Source: Octopus bimaculoides (Eukaryota). From it: DNA of 64,000 nucleotides. The position numbers and the translations under genes were made by a program. Each line of letters starts with the position of its first letter. The stretch's first letter is position 1. The stretch spans positions 44,493,576 to 44,557,575 of the forward strand of contig NC_068991.1 in NCBI RefSeq assembly GCF_001194135.2, in the 5' to 3' direction. Below the pieces are notes generated by a model, which saw only the letters and a list, made by a program, of their open reading frames with translations, was not told the DNA's origin and did no database searches. Positions 14,905 to 62,365 of the stretch are shown here, piece after piece.

Positions 14905-17900
14905 ACACACACACATATATATAATGGCTTAAACCCTCACCAATAAAACAAGTTACTTGAAGCTGAAGTGTTATTATTAAAGGGGTTGAGATTATATATA
15001 TGTATATTTGTGTCCGTATGCATGTATACAGTATAGACTTCAAAAAGAGTGCAGCAAAGTGGAAATATAGTGATGCTGTGCAAAAACATACACAAACTGG
15101 TGAAACAGCAAGACTGAAGAAAATAATCAGTCTTAAAGTTGGGAAAACATGTAGGCACACAGTTATGTGCTTTGGAGACACGTGAAATTTTCACCACTGC
15201 TCCATGAGTGAAAAGTGAGTGGGTAGCAAATGTTAGAGAAAAGAGCATTAGATGAGGAAGTCATTGATTGCCTCTATTTTCTAGAGATGATGGTTTAAAC
15301 TCTACGGCAGTTCAGGCAAGTTAATTAGATTTAAGATTATGTAGTTCTACGTTTAGCCTTCAAAGTTCAAGTTGCCAGATGATTTAAAAGCCTGTCATAT
15401 ACTACCACCTAACTAGAGTCAACCAATAACTGAACCAATTACTAGTGCTATGCCAAAACTTCTTATCTTAAATTTTTTCAAGTGTAACAATGAATATCAA
15501 GATCAACAACATATAATATGAGAAAATGCAACCTTAGTTACAACCTTTTGTTATGTCCATTCAGATGATGTACACAATAATTTAATGTGGTAATTACAAC
15601 AATTATATATTTTAAAAATTCTGTGATTGAAAGTGAAAAAAGAACTAGAATCATATCATTACTCTTTGAAAATTATCCTGTTATTCCTCTCTCATAAACT
15701 TGCACTGTTTTTTGTTTTAAACATTTAAAAAAAATTGGAATATATATGCATATATATATATATATATANNNNNNNNNNNNNNNNNNNNNNNNNNNNNNNN
15801 NNNNNNNNNNNNNNNNNNNNNNNNNNNNNNNNNNNNNNNNNNNNNNNNNNNNNNNNNNNNNNNNNNNNNNNNNNNNNNNNNNNNNNNNNNNNNNNNNNNN
15901 NNNNNNNNNNNNNNNNNNNNNNNNNNNNNNNNNNNNNNAAATAGCCAACTGATATGAGAATATTCATTCAATTTAATCTTGGTGAATGCAAAATTATTAA
16001 GCTCCAATCAATAGTTACAACATACCTGAAGAATTTATAGTAGAGTAAAATGCAATCCACAACAGAGCAATGATTACAGACTTAATTGCAAATAGAAAGT
16101 AGAATCCAGCCTTTCTTTGACTAAAATAAAACAAAGCGTTCTGTATACCAGAAAGTAGAATAAATATATACTAGCATTTTATGAGTTTATCAAACATAAG
16201 TATATTGTTTAAATTTAGAACTTTTTTTTAAAGAATAAAAAAAAAAACTTTTTTGCATTTGGTTTAGTGCACAAATATGCAGGAAACTATGCGCATTTTA
16301 TTCATCAAAATTAGGCAGAAAAATTAAAAAGCTAACTTAGATATTTGAAACTATTTTATATTTTGATTTATGTCTTGAAACCCTTTCTAGGTTTGGATAA
16401 GGGGGAAAAACAAACAAAAAACTCAAACAAAACAAAAATAATAGAAGCAGTAAGAGTAATCTCTACACCAGATTATTCTACTTAAACTGTAAAAGCATTG
16501 CAGGTAAATAGTAATATATTTACAATAGATTTTTTTATAAGTACATATAAAAAATCTTCTTTAAACACTATTATGTACATATGGTAAAAGCTGTAATTGT
16601 CTTACCTAAAACCAGAGAATTCCATAATTTCAAACTTATTTTATATACCAAAACAAAATAAAACAAGCTTTTTATAATTATTATGTCATTTCTATGTCTC
16701 TAAATGAGACATAGAAAAAATAAAAAGAGAATCCCAAGCTATTGGAAATTAATAAATTCATTCTCAAATTTGAAATTTAAAAAGTTGTATATGAATGGTT
16801 ATAAATTTTTCTCTTTATAAAAGCAATGAAGAATTTGATATCATTGAGTAATTCTGGAAAAGATGTGATGAAGGTGAAGTGTAGATGTTAAAATAAGAAG
16901 TTTCATCTGTAAAAGATTCTACAATAAAAAAACAAACATTTGTGGAAAGTCTGTTCATATAGCAACATAAAGCAGGGAACCTCACTGCAAACAATGTGAC
17001 CTGATGGTGTATTGTATGACAAACTTCTTTGTTACACAGAATTGGTGTAATATCCTTCTCAGCTAATGAAGTATAGATTTATTTATATAGTTCAATGAAT
17101 GAATATTATGAAAAAAAAAAAGAAAAAAGAAAAAAAACCTTTCGATGCCAATATTGTTTGAGTTTCTTTCATACAGTTTATATTCATTTAATTGACCTAG
17201 ATCTCAAAAGGGATTAAAAATTGCAGTTTTGCATAGATTTTAGAAAGATGTAGCCATAGAAACAAAGGCAACAGTGAGTACTGGAAAATAGAGCCAGAAA
17301 CTGCATACCACATGCTAAGCAGATGTGCCTGGATGATGTAGCCTTATCAAAATTTAAGCAAAAACATACACTTTGAAAGTTTGAGGTCATCTAGTTGTTG
17401 TTTTTAAGCAAAACCAACAGCTGAAATATCTTTTATATAGATATTATTTAAAGGATATCATATATCTATTGTTTTCCTAAAATATGTTGTAATGATAACT
17501 TAAATATTTAATTTCAAGTGACTTAGATTATACTGTGATTCATGATTTGACTAGTTGAGCTGAGAGCGAGATGTGTTGTGAAATTATAAACTAAGCAGGG
17601 AAAGAATAATTTTTTACTGTGTGACTGGTATTTGAAATGATAAATTTTAAAATACTAACTAACATTCTTAATTGTTTGGAGGTTGGAGAATTAAAGAAAA
17701 ATAAACACAGAATATTTTGCTGAATGTCAATTAAATTGAACAGCCAAATAATATCATTTACCTTTTAGGATAGTTAATTCAATATCTAGTTGTAAAAAAT
17801 GCATAGTTTATAATTTATTTTTCTCTTTGTAAATACTATAGCACAACCTCTCTATTTAAATAGACAGTGTGGTGCTGGAATTAGCTTAGCCAAAATTATA

Positions 17901-20900
17901 ATAAATGACAACAAAATTATTAGCAAGTGCAGTTAGTTAAGATTTTGGATTATTCCTTAAAAATAATAAATTAAGCAAAATGGGTAATGTCCAAGAGTCA
18001 ATCACTTATTCACATGATGTCAGTTATATAATTAGTACTATTATTATTCATTCATAGTGTCAGTAAAGAACAATTGGATATATTAGAAGTGAAGGAAGAG
18101 AGTCCCCTACATTGGTGACTTTGATGGTGTTAACAACAACAATGTTGTTGGTGTTAACAACAACAATGGAATATGAACATTGAACAAAAACAAATTTGCT
18201 AACAGTCAACACTTTGACATGGCGTCTGGTAGACAAAACCTAATGTCAAATCTTTTGACAATGCAGATAGATACTTCTTTGGTACTTTACATCATTAGCT
18301 GTGTCATTACCAGACAGAGTAGTTGATGAAGTCGGCAGTATAGCAGACATGTGGAAACTGATCAGCAGCTCTACAAACAGTGAAGCAATAGAGGGTGGGA
18401 CGGAGGGTATAATATGGTTGTTAAGGCAAAGTGGTCAAATAATGAAGGGTTTACAAGCTTTAATGATATTCAGTGTGGGCATTGCAATATCTCTACACAC
18501 AACCTCTGCATATTATGTGCAAAGTTCTTAGGCACTAGATAACAGTGATAAAATCACTTCCTTTTAAAAACAACAACAACAAAATACCAAGGAAACCTTA
18601 GGAATTACACAGTATGCTTGAAGGATAGTAGGGGAAGGCTAACTATAAGCGAGAAGGACAAATACATAATAAAACGTTGAAATTTTAGTTAGATCTTGTT
18701 AAAATTAAATTTGTAAGCATTTAATCTATATCATTTAAAGATAGATATAGCTCACCTCTATGTCTAATGTTTCAAATCACAAAACCTCCATTTTTCTGTG
18801 TAACTTAAAATTTAAGCAAAAACTTTTCATTATCTATATAAAAATAATTACATAATTGCAAGTATAAATTACAAATGAAAAAAGTAATTTTCTATTTGAT
18901 GTCAAAGTGTATCATTAACAGTTAAAAACAATTAGAATTAAGAAATTAAATTCTTCATGTTGGCTAAATCAGCAATCTTAAAAACAATGAAAGTTTTCCC
19001 ATATTTTTAATCAGGGAGTATGTCAGTTTCTGTGTGGGTAGGGTAAAATATAAGAAAAAGTTTGAAAAAAGTCTTTGACTGGATGTTGAATTCTAAAGTC
19101 CTCATGTAGGTAAATATAATAGCTTATATTTCTCCCTGTATTTGTTCCATTCTATTCATTCTATTCTCATATTGTTAAGTGAAACTATACTAAGATCTGA
19201 TACTGATAAATGATATTAACATATTAACATCATCTTTCTTAGCAAAAAACAATGAAATGAATAAAACTTAGTTTAAACCTTTATTAAATAATAATGGGTT
19301 AATTTTATTTTAATGTTTTATTAGCTACTTAAAAGACAGTAGCTAAAACTTCTTTAATTCCTTTATTTCACTTAGTTAATCTTTAAAATTGTTCAGGATG
19401 TATCTTTTAAACTTTGCAATGCCAGATTCTGAGCTTTTCAAATCTTTTATGATGTTAAGAGGATGTAAGGACAAAAATATGAACAAATAAATTCCAAAAT
19501 ATATAGAATTATGAAGATGCTTTGCACTTGTCATATAATGAATAAGTTTTTCTTTCTCCTATTTCCTCTCCATTTAATTAATGCTATTTTTCCTTTTCTC
19601 ATTTTTTTAAAGGTAAATGTTAATAATGACAGGGAATAAATTGCTTTCCCAAACTATTAGAAAAAAAACATTTAAAAAATTGAAATGGAATGACTCAAAA
19701 CACCATGATACATCTGAATTGGAACCATATTTTTGGACTATTTAAAATCAATGAGAATAGAGAACATTAGTAAATATCTAGTAGAAAGAGTATGCATACA
19801 TGTATAGTAGTAGTAATAAAACTGATAACAATGAAGGATATTACAAGTACAATTCTGTGTAAATAAAAGAGGAAAAATTTTGATGAACCAAAAAAAAAAA
19901 AATAACGGAAAAAGGATTTTAACCAAAAAGCAATTATTGTAAAAATATAACAACAGTACATTGGTAGTAGTAGTAGTAGTAGTAGTAGTAATAGTAGTAG
20001 TTGTGGTTGTTGTTGTTTCTGTAGTAATATTGGCAATATTCACAAAGTTTAGGTGCTGTTACCAATTAAATAAGTTTCTTTGAAATTGACAAGATATAAA
20101 TGATAAATATATCTTCACTGTAGTTTCAGAAGTTTGTGTAGAATAAAGTCATGTTGAATTCTTGCACAAAAGAGTCTAAACAAACAGCCAAACAAACAAT
20201 AATGCAAATACAAGTATAAATTACCAAAATGGGAAAAAATTGAGTTAAACATTTAAGTCTTAGATAGAATTAAATAAAAATAAAAATTTCTCAAAAGATA
20301 ATTCATGTAACATAAATTTACACACGCACACGCACACGCACACATGTGATTTCCATATATTCTTTTATTCAGTAATGCTATGAGAATTATTTCATTTCTA
20401 TGCGAAGATATACAGCATGGCAACATTTGTGAAGCTGCAAATGTATGAAACGCAGTGAAGAAACAAAACACTTAAAATTTAACATGTCATGACTGTTGTA
20501 AGACATAAGTTTTACAGATATTGTTGTTGCCTGTGGTTGATCATACATATTTATGTAAGTGTGTATGTGTGTGTGTATATGTATACGCACACATTATATA
20601 TATGTATATTTATGTATGTATAGTATATATGTATACTTTCAAATATATGTATATATACAAGTACATACATATATATGTGTATATATATGTATGTATATAT
20701 ATAATATATATATATATACATACATATACATACACACACTTACATATATGCATATATTTGTGTTATTTTGTGTGAAAATGTATGAATGTGTGTATGTGTA
20801 TATGTGGTGTCTGTACTAGGTTGACAAAGGCAAAAATGTTTTATGAGCTGTTATATTTCTCTTACCTATGTATATATGTTTGTGTGTATGTGTGTGTATA

Positions 20901-23900
20901 TAAATATATATATATATATGTATAGACACACACACATATGTATGTACTCATACAAATATTTATGCATATATGCATGTACATACAAAAGGAACAGGTAATG
21001 GATGTGAAAATTGTTGCTAGGAGCTGCATGAGAGGCTGTGTAAAACATAACAAAGAAAAGTTGCGCATTAATTAATTAGTATAATAACTGTTACTGTTGT
21101 CATTAACATTGTTGTTTGTACTATTATTATTATTGTTGTTGTTGTTTTGTAATAATTTATGTAGTTTAAGTAGAAGTATTAGTATTAGTATATCATGGTT
21201 GGAGGGTGGTATGGGTAGTTATGAGAGAGTTAGCATGGAAGGGACATGTGTTGGTTGTCAACCTCCTTTGCTCTCTCTCTCAGCTCACTCCCCATTTGTC
21301 TGCTCACTCTTACATTATAGATATTCTTCACGGGGTATTTTTTTACATCTAAATTATTTAGCTATCCTTCCATTTGTTTTGTTTTCTTTTTTGTTTTCAG
21401 CAATACTAGTAAGAAGCTTTATACATACCCTTGAATATGCCAGCAAAAATAAGAAAAATAATTATATATATATGTTGATATATATATATATATATTTTTG
21501 TTTTGAATGAAAGAAGTTAGAAAAAAATTGAGATAGACAGAAAGGAAAAAAAATGACTCATGGCAAAATAGTAGCTTAATGCAGGGTCAGTCTACTCAAA
21601 AAGTAAATAATAGCCAAAGGCACGGCAGCAAAGAACCTAGGAAGAAGCAGCACGCATGGCTAAGGACATTGTTTTGAGTAGTACTGAGGGATTGCTCAAG
21701 GTTAGTTATGTTTTAAGACATTAACTGGTAATTTCAATGAAAGATAGTGGCATTGTAACTATGAACCCAGTGCAAGATCAACACTATATTTGTTGTATTA
21801 AGTAATCATAAATCTGTTAAAATTCTTGCATAACTGTACAATAAATTATTTGATTACAGTTTCATAGATATAGATTTTGTTTTACTCTCTCTCCAATATG
21901 AAGTTGTATGGAATATTTAAAGCGTTCTGTTTTTTACTTTCATATGATCTCTACCAACACACTCATACATTCTCCCTATCTCTTTATTCTTGTTGGTTAT
22001 TATTCAAAATTTCTTACCAATATTGAGATTTAGGTACTGTTCTATATTATTTCACTTGCTTTTAGACCAGTGTGGTGTGATCATATAGTAACTGTCATAT
22101 TCCTGAGTCATTTATCATATAGTAACCATTATTGCAATGGTCTGTGGTATATATAGTCACCATCTATCTGAAGGCATCTATTACATTGTAATTGTCATAG
22201 CCGTGGGATACTTAGTATATCAGTCAAGTCATTAGTTGGCAATTAGTGTCATGTTTATCATAATCATTTAAGAAATTAACATTTTTAAAAAAGAGTTTTA
22301 ATTCTATCAGTCACTCACTGATTGTGTCTTCTGCTTTTCAAAGTATTCACTTATCTCGATTTCGCGGAGCTATTCCCGCTTGCCATTTTCTTTTCAGTAT
22401 ATATTTCTTTCATAGTTTTGGGCTGCCCTTTGATTTTGGTTGGATAACATTTCATACATTTTGAATACATCTTTTTAAGCTCTTTTATCAACTTTCTTAC
22501 TTCTAAAGCCTCTAAAAGATATAAATCATAGACATACACCATTACTAATATGTTGCATTCTCTTTTACAGTAGGTTCGTTAATGGTTGAACTATTAAGGT
22601 GAAATATTCCATTTTGTTTGTTTTCTATATTTTATACTTTTTATTGATTTGATTTGATTTTGTATCTCATGAAGAGGAAATTCTCCATCTTTATTTTTGT
22701 ATTTTGGTGTTTCCTCAACTTTGGACAGTTGGAAACATTTAGCAAAGAAATATGCTCAAATATTAATTGGTCATAAATAATAACAAGAATTCATCTCTGT
22801 TCAATGTAAAGTTGAACAGCTCATGTTGATCATTAACTTTTAGAAGATTTTTTGCTTCCTTTATTTAAGAACATTTACAATACCACTATGTCACAGAATC
22901 ACCAGACTAATGCCTCAATTTCATATAAATATTTTGCAATATGTGACACAACAACCAATGAAAGGAGATTGTATTGAGCTATTTCAGCATGAGGACAAAA
23001 AGCAGGGTTTTGGAATTTTTGGCGAATCATACACAGTGCATGGAATTTGGCTACCCCAATACGGACTACTTATAATGTAGCAATTAAATATATAATTATT
23101 CTGAGTATGTGATATAAATTCAAATGTAATATCCATGAAATTCGATTCACTTTTATGAAATGTAAAACGAATTTGCATTATATGAACGTGTCAACTGAAA
23201 TGAATATATTTCATGGGATTCTTTGAATAAATAGCAGATAATTTTTTAAATTTGGCATTTAAAAAATTCAAATTTACTTTTCTACAATAAACAATTTCCG
23301 CAGATTCTAAAACGAGATCTTAATTAGTATGTAAAGTAATTACATCATTTAAAATTAAAGGAAAATATATTACATATAAAGCAACACGCATGTACACACA
23401 GCAATACACACAAAACTAGGTTTTTCTTATAATTTTGATGTATTTTAGAATAATTTTAATGTGAGCAAATATAAATCTTTATTCTTTTGCTCATTAAATA
23501 TTCATAATTAATACTTCTTCCAAGTTAACTCTCAAGAAATTCTTTGGGATTTTGGGAAAATCTTGTGAACAAAACATTGAAATAATATTACTTAAATGCA
23601 TGTACACACACACACACGCACACATGCTCACACACACACAGAGAAACACACATACACAAACACATACACATAAATATATATACACACACACATATTTACA
23701 TACATAGATGTAAATATATGAGACAGTGATATACATATATCCATATGTATATGTAGATATATATATCTATATATAAATATATGTAGATATATATCTATAT
23801 ATAGATTATATATTCCATATATATATATGTTTATTCTACGGAAATATTTTTAGTAGTTTTGTATTGTTTCAAGATCTGTAACTCAGTTTTAGAAATTTCA

Positions 23901-24991
23901 ACTAAGTTTAAGATCTTGCATTAATTATATTTCTAAATTAGTTACATGTTTTAGGTACTAATATCTCATACTCGCAGGGCAGACTGATTGGCCGATCAGA
24001 AGTACCAACCAGTGATGAGGTAGCCAAACCCCACCAAGCTTTATCTAGGGAGGAATTCACTCAGGTAAAACCTAAGTTATAACAGGGTCTTCAAATGTAG
24101 GTGAACGACATGGGTCTTGAGATGCAGGCAGCAATTGGGTCTTCATATACAAGCAATAAGTTATTAAAGTAGCAAGCAAATACTTTTCATTGATAACATA
24201 CAAAATTGACTTAAGTAGAATACAAATAAGTGGAAGACAGAAAGCTAAATACCAACAAATACTAAAATAAAAATTGCAAGATAAATATAGGCCTTATAGG
24301 AATGGCATCTTATAATTTTTTTTGCATGTGTATTTCACAGGATTAACTCTGGCTAGTTAGTTATAAAAACCATACAAGCAAGCAGACTCATTTTTTTTTT
24401 AACCTTTTTCATTATTAATTTGTTAAAATTCCCTACCTGAGAAGTGATTATTTTACTATTATTATTTTCCTTGAAGTGCAAACTGGCAGTTAAAAATTTT
24501 GAGAAGAATACTTTTGATGTAAAAAAAAAAGTCTAGTAGTTATGTAGAATAACTGCCAATATGTTATTGGCTAATTGACTATGCATAAGTATGCAGACAT
24601 ATATACACATTTACATGACTGTATGCATGATATATAAATGCATACTCAACATTATGCGTGTAGACATGTATATTTTTCTTTTTTTTTTTTACAGTAGCAG
24701 TTAATTTGGCAGGGATTTTTTAATATTCAAGATGAATGTAAAATCTGGACATTGTCAAAGATATAATGAAAATGTATATGCTACAATATAGAAAATATTT
24801 AGGAAATGTTTGCTGATATAAAAAAAAAAACTTTTTAACTTTAGTTAAGTAGAGTTATTTTAAAATATTTTTTTTTACCAAGCCAGAGCAGATTAAGAAA
24901 TAAAAAAAACAACTTTTTCATGCGGTATAAGCAAAGATTGTACAAATAAACTTAGTTTTAATTATTAGGAATTAGAGAAATTATGTATATG

Positions 24992-25041
<50 letters not shown>

Positions 25042-25761
25042 NNNNNNNNNNNNNNNNNNNNNNNNNNNNNNNNNNNNNNNNNNNNNNNNNNNNNNNNNNN
25101 NNNNNNNNNNNNNNNNNNNNNNNNNNNNNNNNNNNNNNNNNNNNNNNNNNNNNNNNNNNNNNNNNNNNNNNNNNNNNNNNNNNNNNNNNNNNNNNNNNNN
25201 NNNNNNNNNNNNNNNNNNNNNNNNNNNNNNNNNNNNNNNNNNNNNNNNNNNNNNNNNNNNNNNNNNNNNNNNNNNNNNNNNNNNNNNNNNNNNNNNNNNN
25301 NNNNNNNNNNNNNNNNNNNNNNNNNNNNNNNNNNNNNNNNNNNNNNNNNNNNNNNNNNNNNNNNNNNNNNNNNNNNNNNNNNNNNNNNNNNNNNNNNNNN
25401 NNNNNNNNNNNNNNNNNNNNNNNNNNNNNNNNNNNNNNNNNNNNNNNNNNNNNNNNNNNNNNNNNNNNNNNNNNNNNNNNNNNNNNNNNNNNNNNNNNNN
25501 NNNNNNNNNNNNNNNNNNNNNNNNNNNNNNNNNNNNNNNNNNNNNNNNNNNNNNNNNNNNNNNNNNNNNNNNNNNNNNNNNNNNNNNNNNNNNNNNNNNN
25601 NNNNNNNNNNNNNNNNNNNNNNNNNNNNNNNNNNNNNNNNNNNNNNNTTGGAGAAATTTTCTTTTTGTTCCATTTTTCTGCTGCTGTTCAATTGCAGAAA
25701 TGGAATTAGGTAGAAAGAAACTGAGCAGGTGCTTGGAGTTTTTATATATATATATATATAT

Positions 25762-25792
<31 letters not shown>

Positions 25793-26011
25793 CATATATA
25801 TTTATATACATATATATATATATATATGTATATACACACACACGTGTGTGTGTGTGTGCATGTGTCTGTGTGTTTGAGTGTGTGTGTGTATGTATTTATA
25901 CATACACATGCACGCACATGTATACGCAAATATGTATATATGCAAATATCAATGTGTATGTATATATATATATGTATTGTATATATATTATATCATATAT
26001 ATATATTATAT

Positions 26012-26060
<49 letters not shown>

Positions 26061-26106
26061 CTTACGAAGTCTGCAAGCTGTTGTTATAAATATCAAAAGC
26101 ACTGCT

Positions 26107-59377
<33,271 letters not shown>

Positions 59378-60069
59378 CTGGAAAATTCAAAATATGGTTA
59401 CTCATAAAAAAATGTAAAAGAGAACAGTTAGATTTCTTACCACATCATTAAACAATAGATGTTGAGGAAAGTAGGGATGAAATTATATCCCTAGTGATTC
59501 TGAAGGATAAAAGAAATATCGACACTAGAACAATTTGTATTCAGAATAGTATTGTAGACACAGTAAAACATCTTGTCTGGACAGTACCTAATATAAAGTC
59601 TCTTGAGGGAGGACAGAAATGGTAAAAGCGTGAGCTATTTACTGCACTTAGTTGACAGATGCAACTAAATTTGAATCCTGCTTGGAGCAACTTTGTCTTT
59701 CAATCTTCTAAGGTAGAAGAAAATAAATACCAATCATAAAAGATCAACACTCAATTGAAAACAACACTCTCCTTTAGATTGGCCTTGTACCAATGTCAAT
59801 AAGAATATACCAGTAACACACTAGTATATCAGCAACACATGAGTTACCTCTCCTTTTACAATGTTTATAAAATTTTTCTTTTAATGGTGCTGTCTGATTT
59901 ATATTGAGCAATATCTCATGAGAACCACTGCTACAAAAAGAGTGTTTATATCATTTTAACCAGTAGTATTTGAATAAATTGAATGTTACATGCTTTCTTA
60001 TCATCTCTATAACTGATGGTGGTGGGTAAGCTAGTCAATCAGTTGGTTTTTGAGACATCCCCAAAGCAC

Positions 60070-60071
<2 letters not shown>

Positions 60072-60139
<68 letters not shown>

Positions 60140-60180
60140 NNNNNNNNNNNNNNNNNNNNNNNNNNNNNNNNNNNNNNNNN

Positions 60181-60254
<74 letters not shown>
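60072..60254. repeat. (GA)n microsatellite spanning an N gap
   Basis: Directly visible. Confidence 0.97.
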
Positions 60255-60859
60255 CATGTCCTGTAAAACCGAAAACATGATCCTGGGAGTGTTAGATGTG
60301 TAAGTAATATATTAATGATTAAGAAGGTCGGAAATGAGGTATACAGTTGCCTGCATTCATGAATTCAGGGAGATGTCACTAAGGAGTAGGAAATTTATTA
60401 GCTTTTTAAGAATAGGAGGTGATTCCGGAAACATTATTTAGCATAATGGTTGGGATGTAGTCTGCCCTAATGACTCGGCTTTACTAGGAGAGCCAAACTA
60501 TTTAATAAACTTAGTGCTTAGGCATTCATGAATTAACAGAAGAAATTCGCATCAAAGTTTGTTGTGTTAAAAGCAGACCTGTAAGCAAAGAAATTAACAG
60601 AGCATACAAGCTATTTCAATTTATCTTTCCATCTATCAATACTCCAATTCTTTATTTTTCACAAAGTTGTATTATCTACTATTTTCTCAACTTGGATCCA
60701 TTTGCATTTATATATATTGTTGTGATGAGAGTTATGACACCCCCTTGCAAGAGATAGACTGGTCCAAGTAAAGTATAAATAGTAACGATCCGAGTAAGTT
60801 CAGAGTTCAGAGTTGAGTGAAGTTGTTCGCAGTTGTAAATTTGTTGTACTAAAGGTTAG

Positions 60860-62365
60860 TACACTGATGCTATATTTCTGGTAAGACATCTGCAGGAGAA
60901 ATACCTGGTCAAAGATAAACCTCTGTACTTGGCCTTTGTTGACTTGACATGGTCCTCCGATCCCTTATCTAGTGGTCAGTGCAGAAACTGGGGATAGCTG
61001 AGTGGTTGGTACGAGCTGTACAAGCTATGTACAGGGATGATACCAGTAAGGTGAGGGTTGGCAATGAGTACAGTGAAGAATTCAGGGTACAAGTAGAGGT
61101 TCATCAAGGATCGGTGCTCAGCTTTCTCTTGTTTATCATAGCCCTCCAGGCAATAACAGGAATTTAAGACAGGCTGCCCCTGGGAGCTCCTCTATGCAGA
61201 TGATCTTGCTCTTATAAGTGAATCACTACCAGAACTAGAGAAGTTTCAGGTATGGAAGCAAGGTATGGAATCGAAGGGTCTTAGAGTTAACATAGCAAAA
61301 ACCAAAGACTTAGTAAGAAGGAAGGCAGACAAATCACAAATCCCTTCAGGTATATGGCCCTGCTCAATCTGTAGAAAAGGCATAGGTAGAAACTCCATAA
61401 GATGTACCCAGTGCAAGCTTTGGACACATAAGAGATGCAGCAATATCAGAGGATACTAGCTTTTGTATGTGGAAGATGCACAAGTACAATAAACGCTGAA
61501 AATATGCAGAAAATAGACTCCATCAACTGCAAGGGGGACAAACTAGAGGTAGTAGATAACTTCCATTATCTAGGTGACCAAATTAGTAGTGGAGGGGGAT
61601 GCTCTGAGAGCATAGCTGTGAGAATAAAATTAAGCTGGGAAAAGTTTAGAGAACTCCTGCTTCTGCTGGCAACAAAGGGCCTCTCTCTCAGAGTGAAAGG
61701 TAGATTGTATGATACCGTGTGTGAACAGTCATGCTACATGGCAGTGAAACATGGGCTGTGACAGCAAAGGACGTGCATAGGCCTGAAAGAAATGAAGCCA
61801 GTATGCTTTTGCTGGATGTGCAATGTCAGTATGCATGTCTGACAGAGTGTAAGCATCTTGAGAGAAAAGTTAGGCATAAGAGGCATCAGATGTGGTGTGC
61901 AAGAGAGATGACTGTACTGGTATGGTCATGTGATGCATATGGATGAGGACAACTGTGTAAAGAAGTGCTGGTTTCTAACTGTCGAGAGTACCTGTAGTAG
62001 AGGTAGATCCAGGAAAACATGGGAAGAAGTGGTGAAGTATGATCTTCAAACTTTGAGCTTCACTGAGGCAATGACTAGTGACCTCATGGAGGCAATAACT
62101 GAGACCTTTGGCATTATGACATGCTTGAGAAGAAGACCCATCAAACCCATTGAGCAAACTTGCAATCATGACAGATACCAGTGTCATGCAAATGGCACCC
62201 ATGCTGGTGTCATGTAAAAACGCCCATTACACTTTTGGAGTGGTTAGCATTAGGAAGGGTATCCAGCTGTAGAAAACGATGCCAAATCAGACTGGAGTCT
62301 GGTGCAGCTTCCCAGCTTACCAGCCCTGGTCAAACCGTCCAACCCATGATGATGATGATGATGAT
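60860..62365 (+). mobile_element. 5'-truncated RTE LINE: RT, inserted PHD-like finger, C-terminus and 3' UTR with (atg)n tail
   Basis: LYLAFVDL, HQGSVLS, LLYADDL, GLRVNIAKTK, FHYLGDQI, RKTWEEVVKYDL motifs with frameshifts; ends ccaacccatg(atg)n. Confidence 0.92.

Noticed and set aside
18303-18323. ctgtctggtaatga on minus, resembling miR-8/miR-200 family sequence
   Set aside because: The seed region does not match and no proper pre-miRNA hairpin can be drawn.
18301-18531. 76-aa plus-strand ORF in a GC-richer island (with a nearby 20-bp duplication at about 18125..18168)
   Set aside because: No recognisable motif, non-ATG start and no convincing splice sites.
60700-60860. LTR-like segment (TG start, tataaata)
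   Set aside because: No second LTR, TG...CA pair, PBS or TSD could be found.
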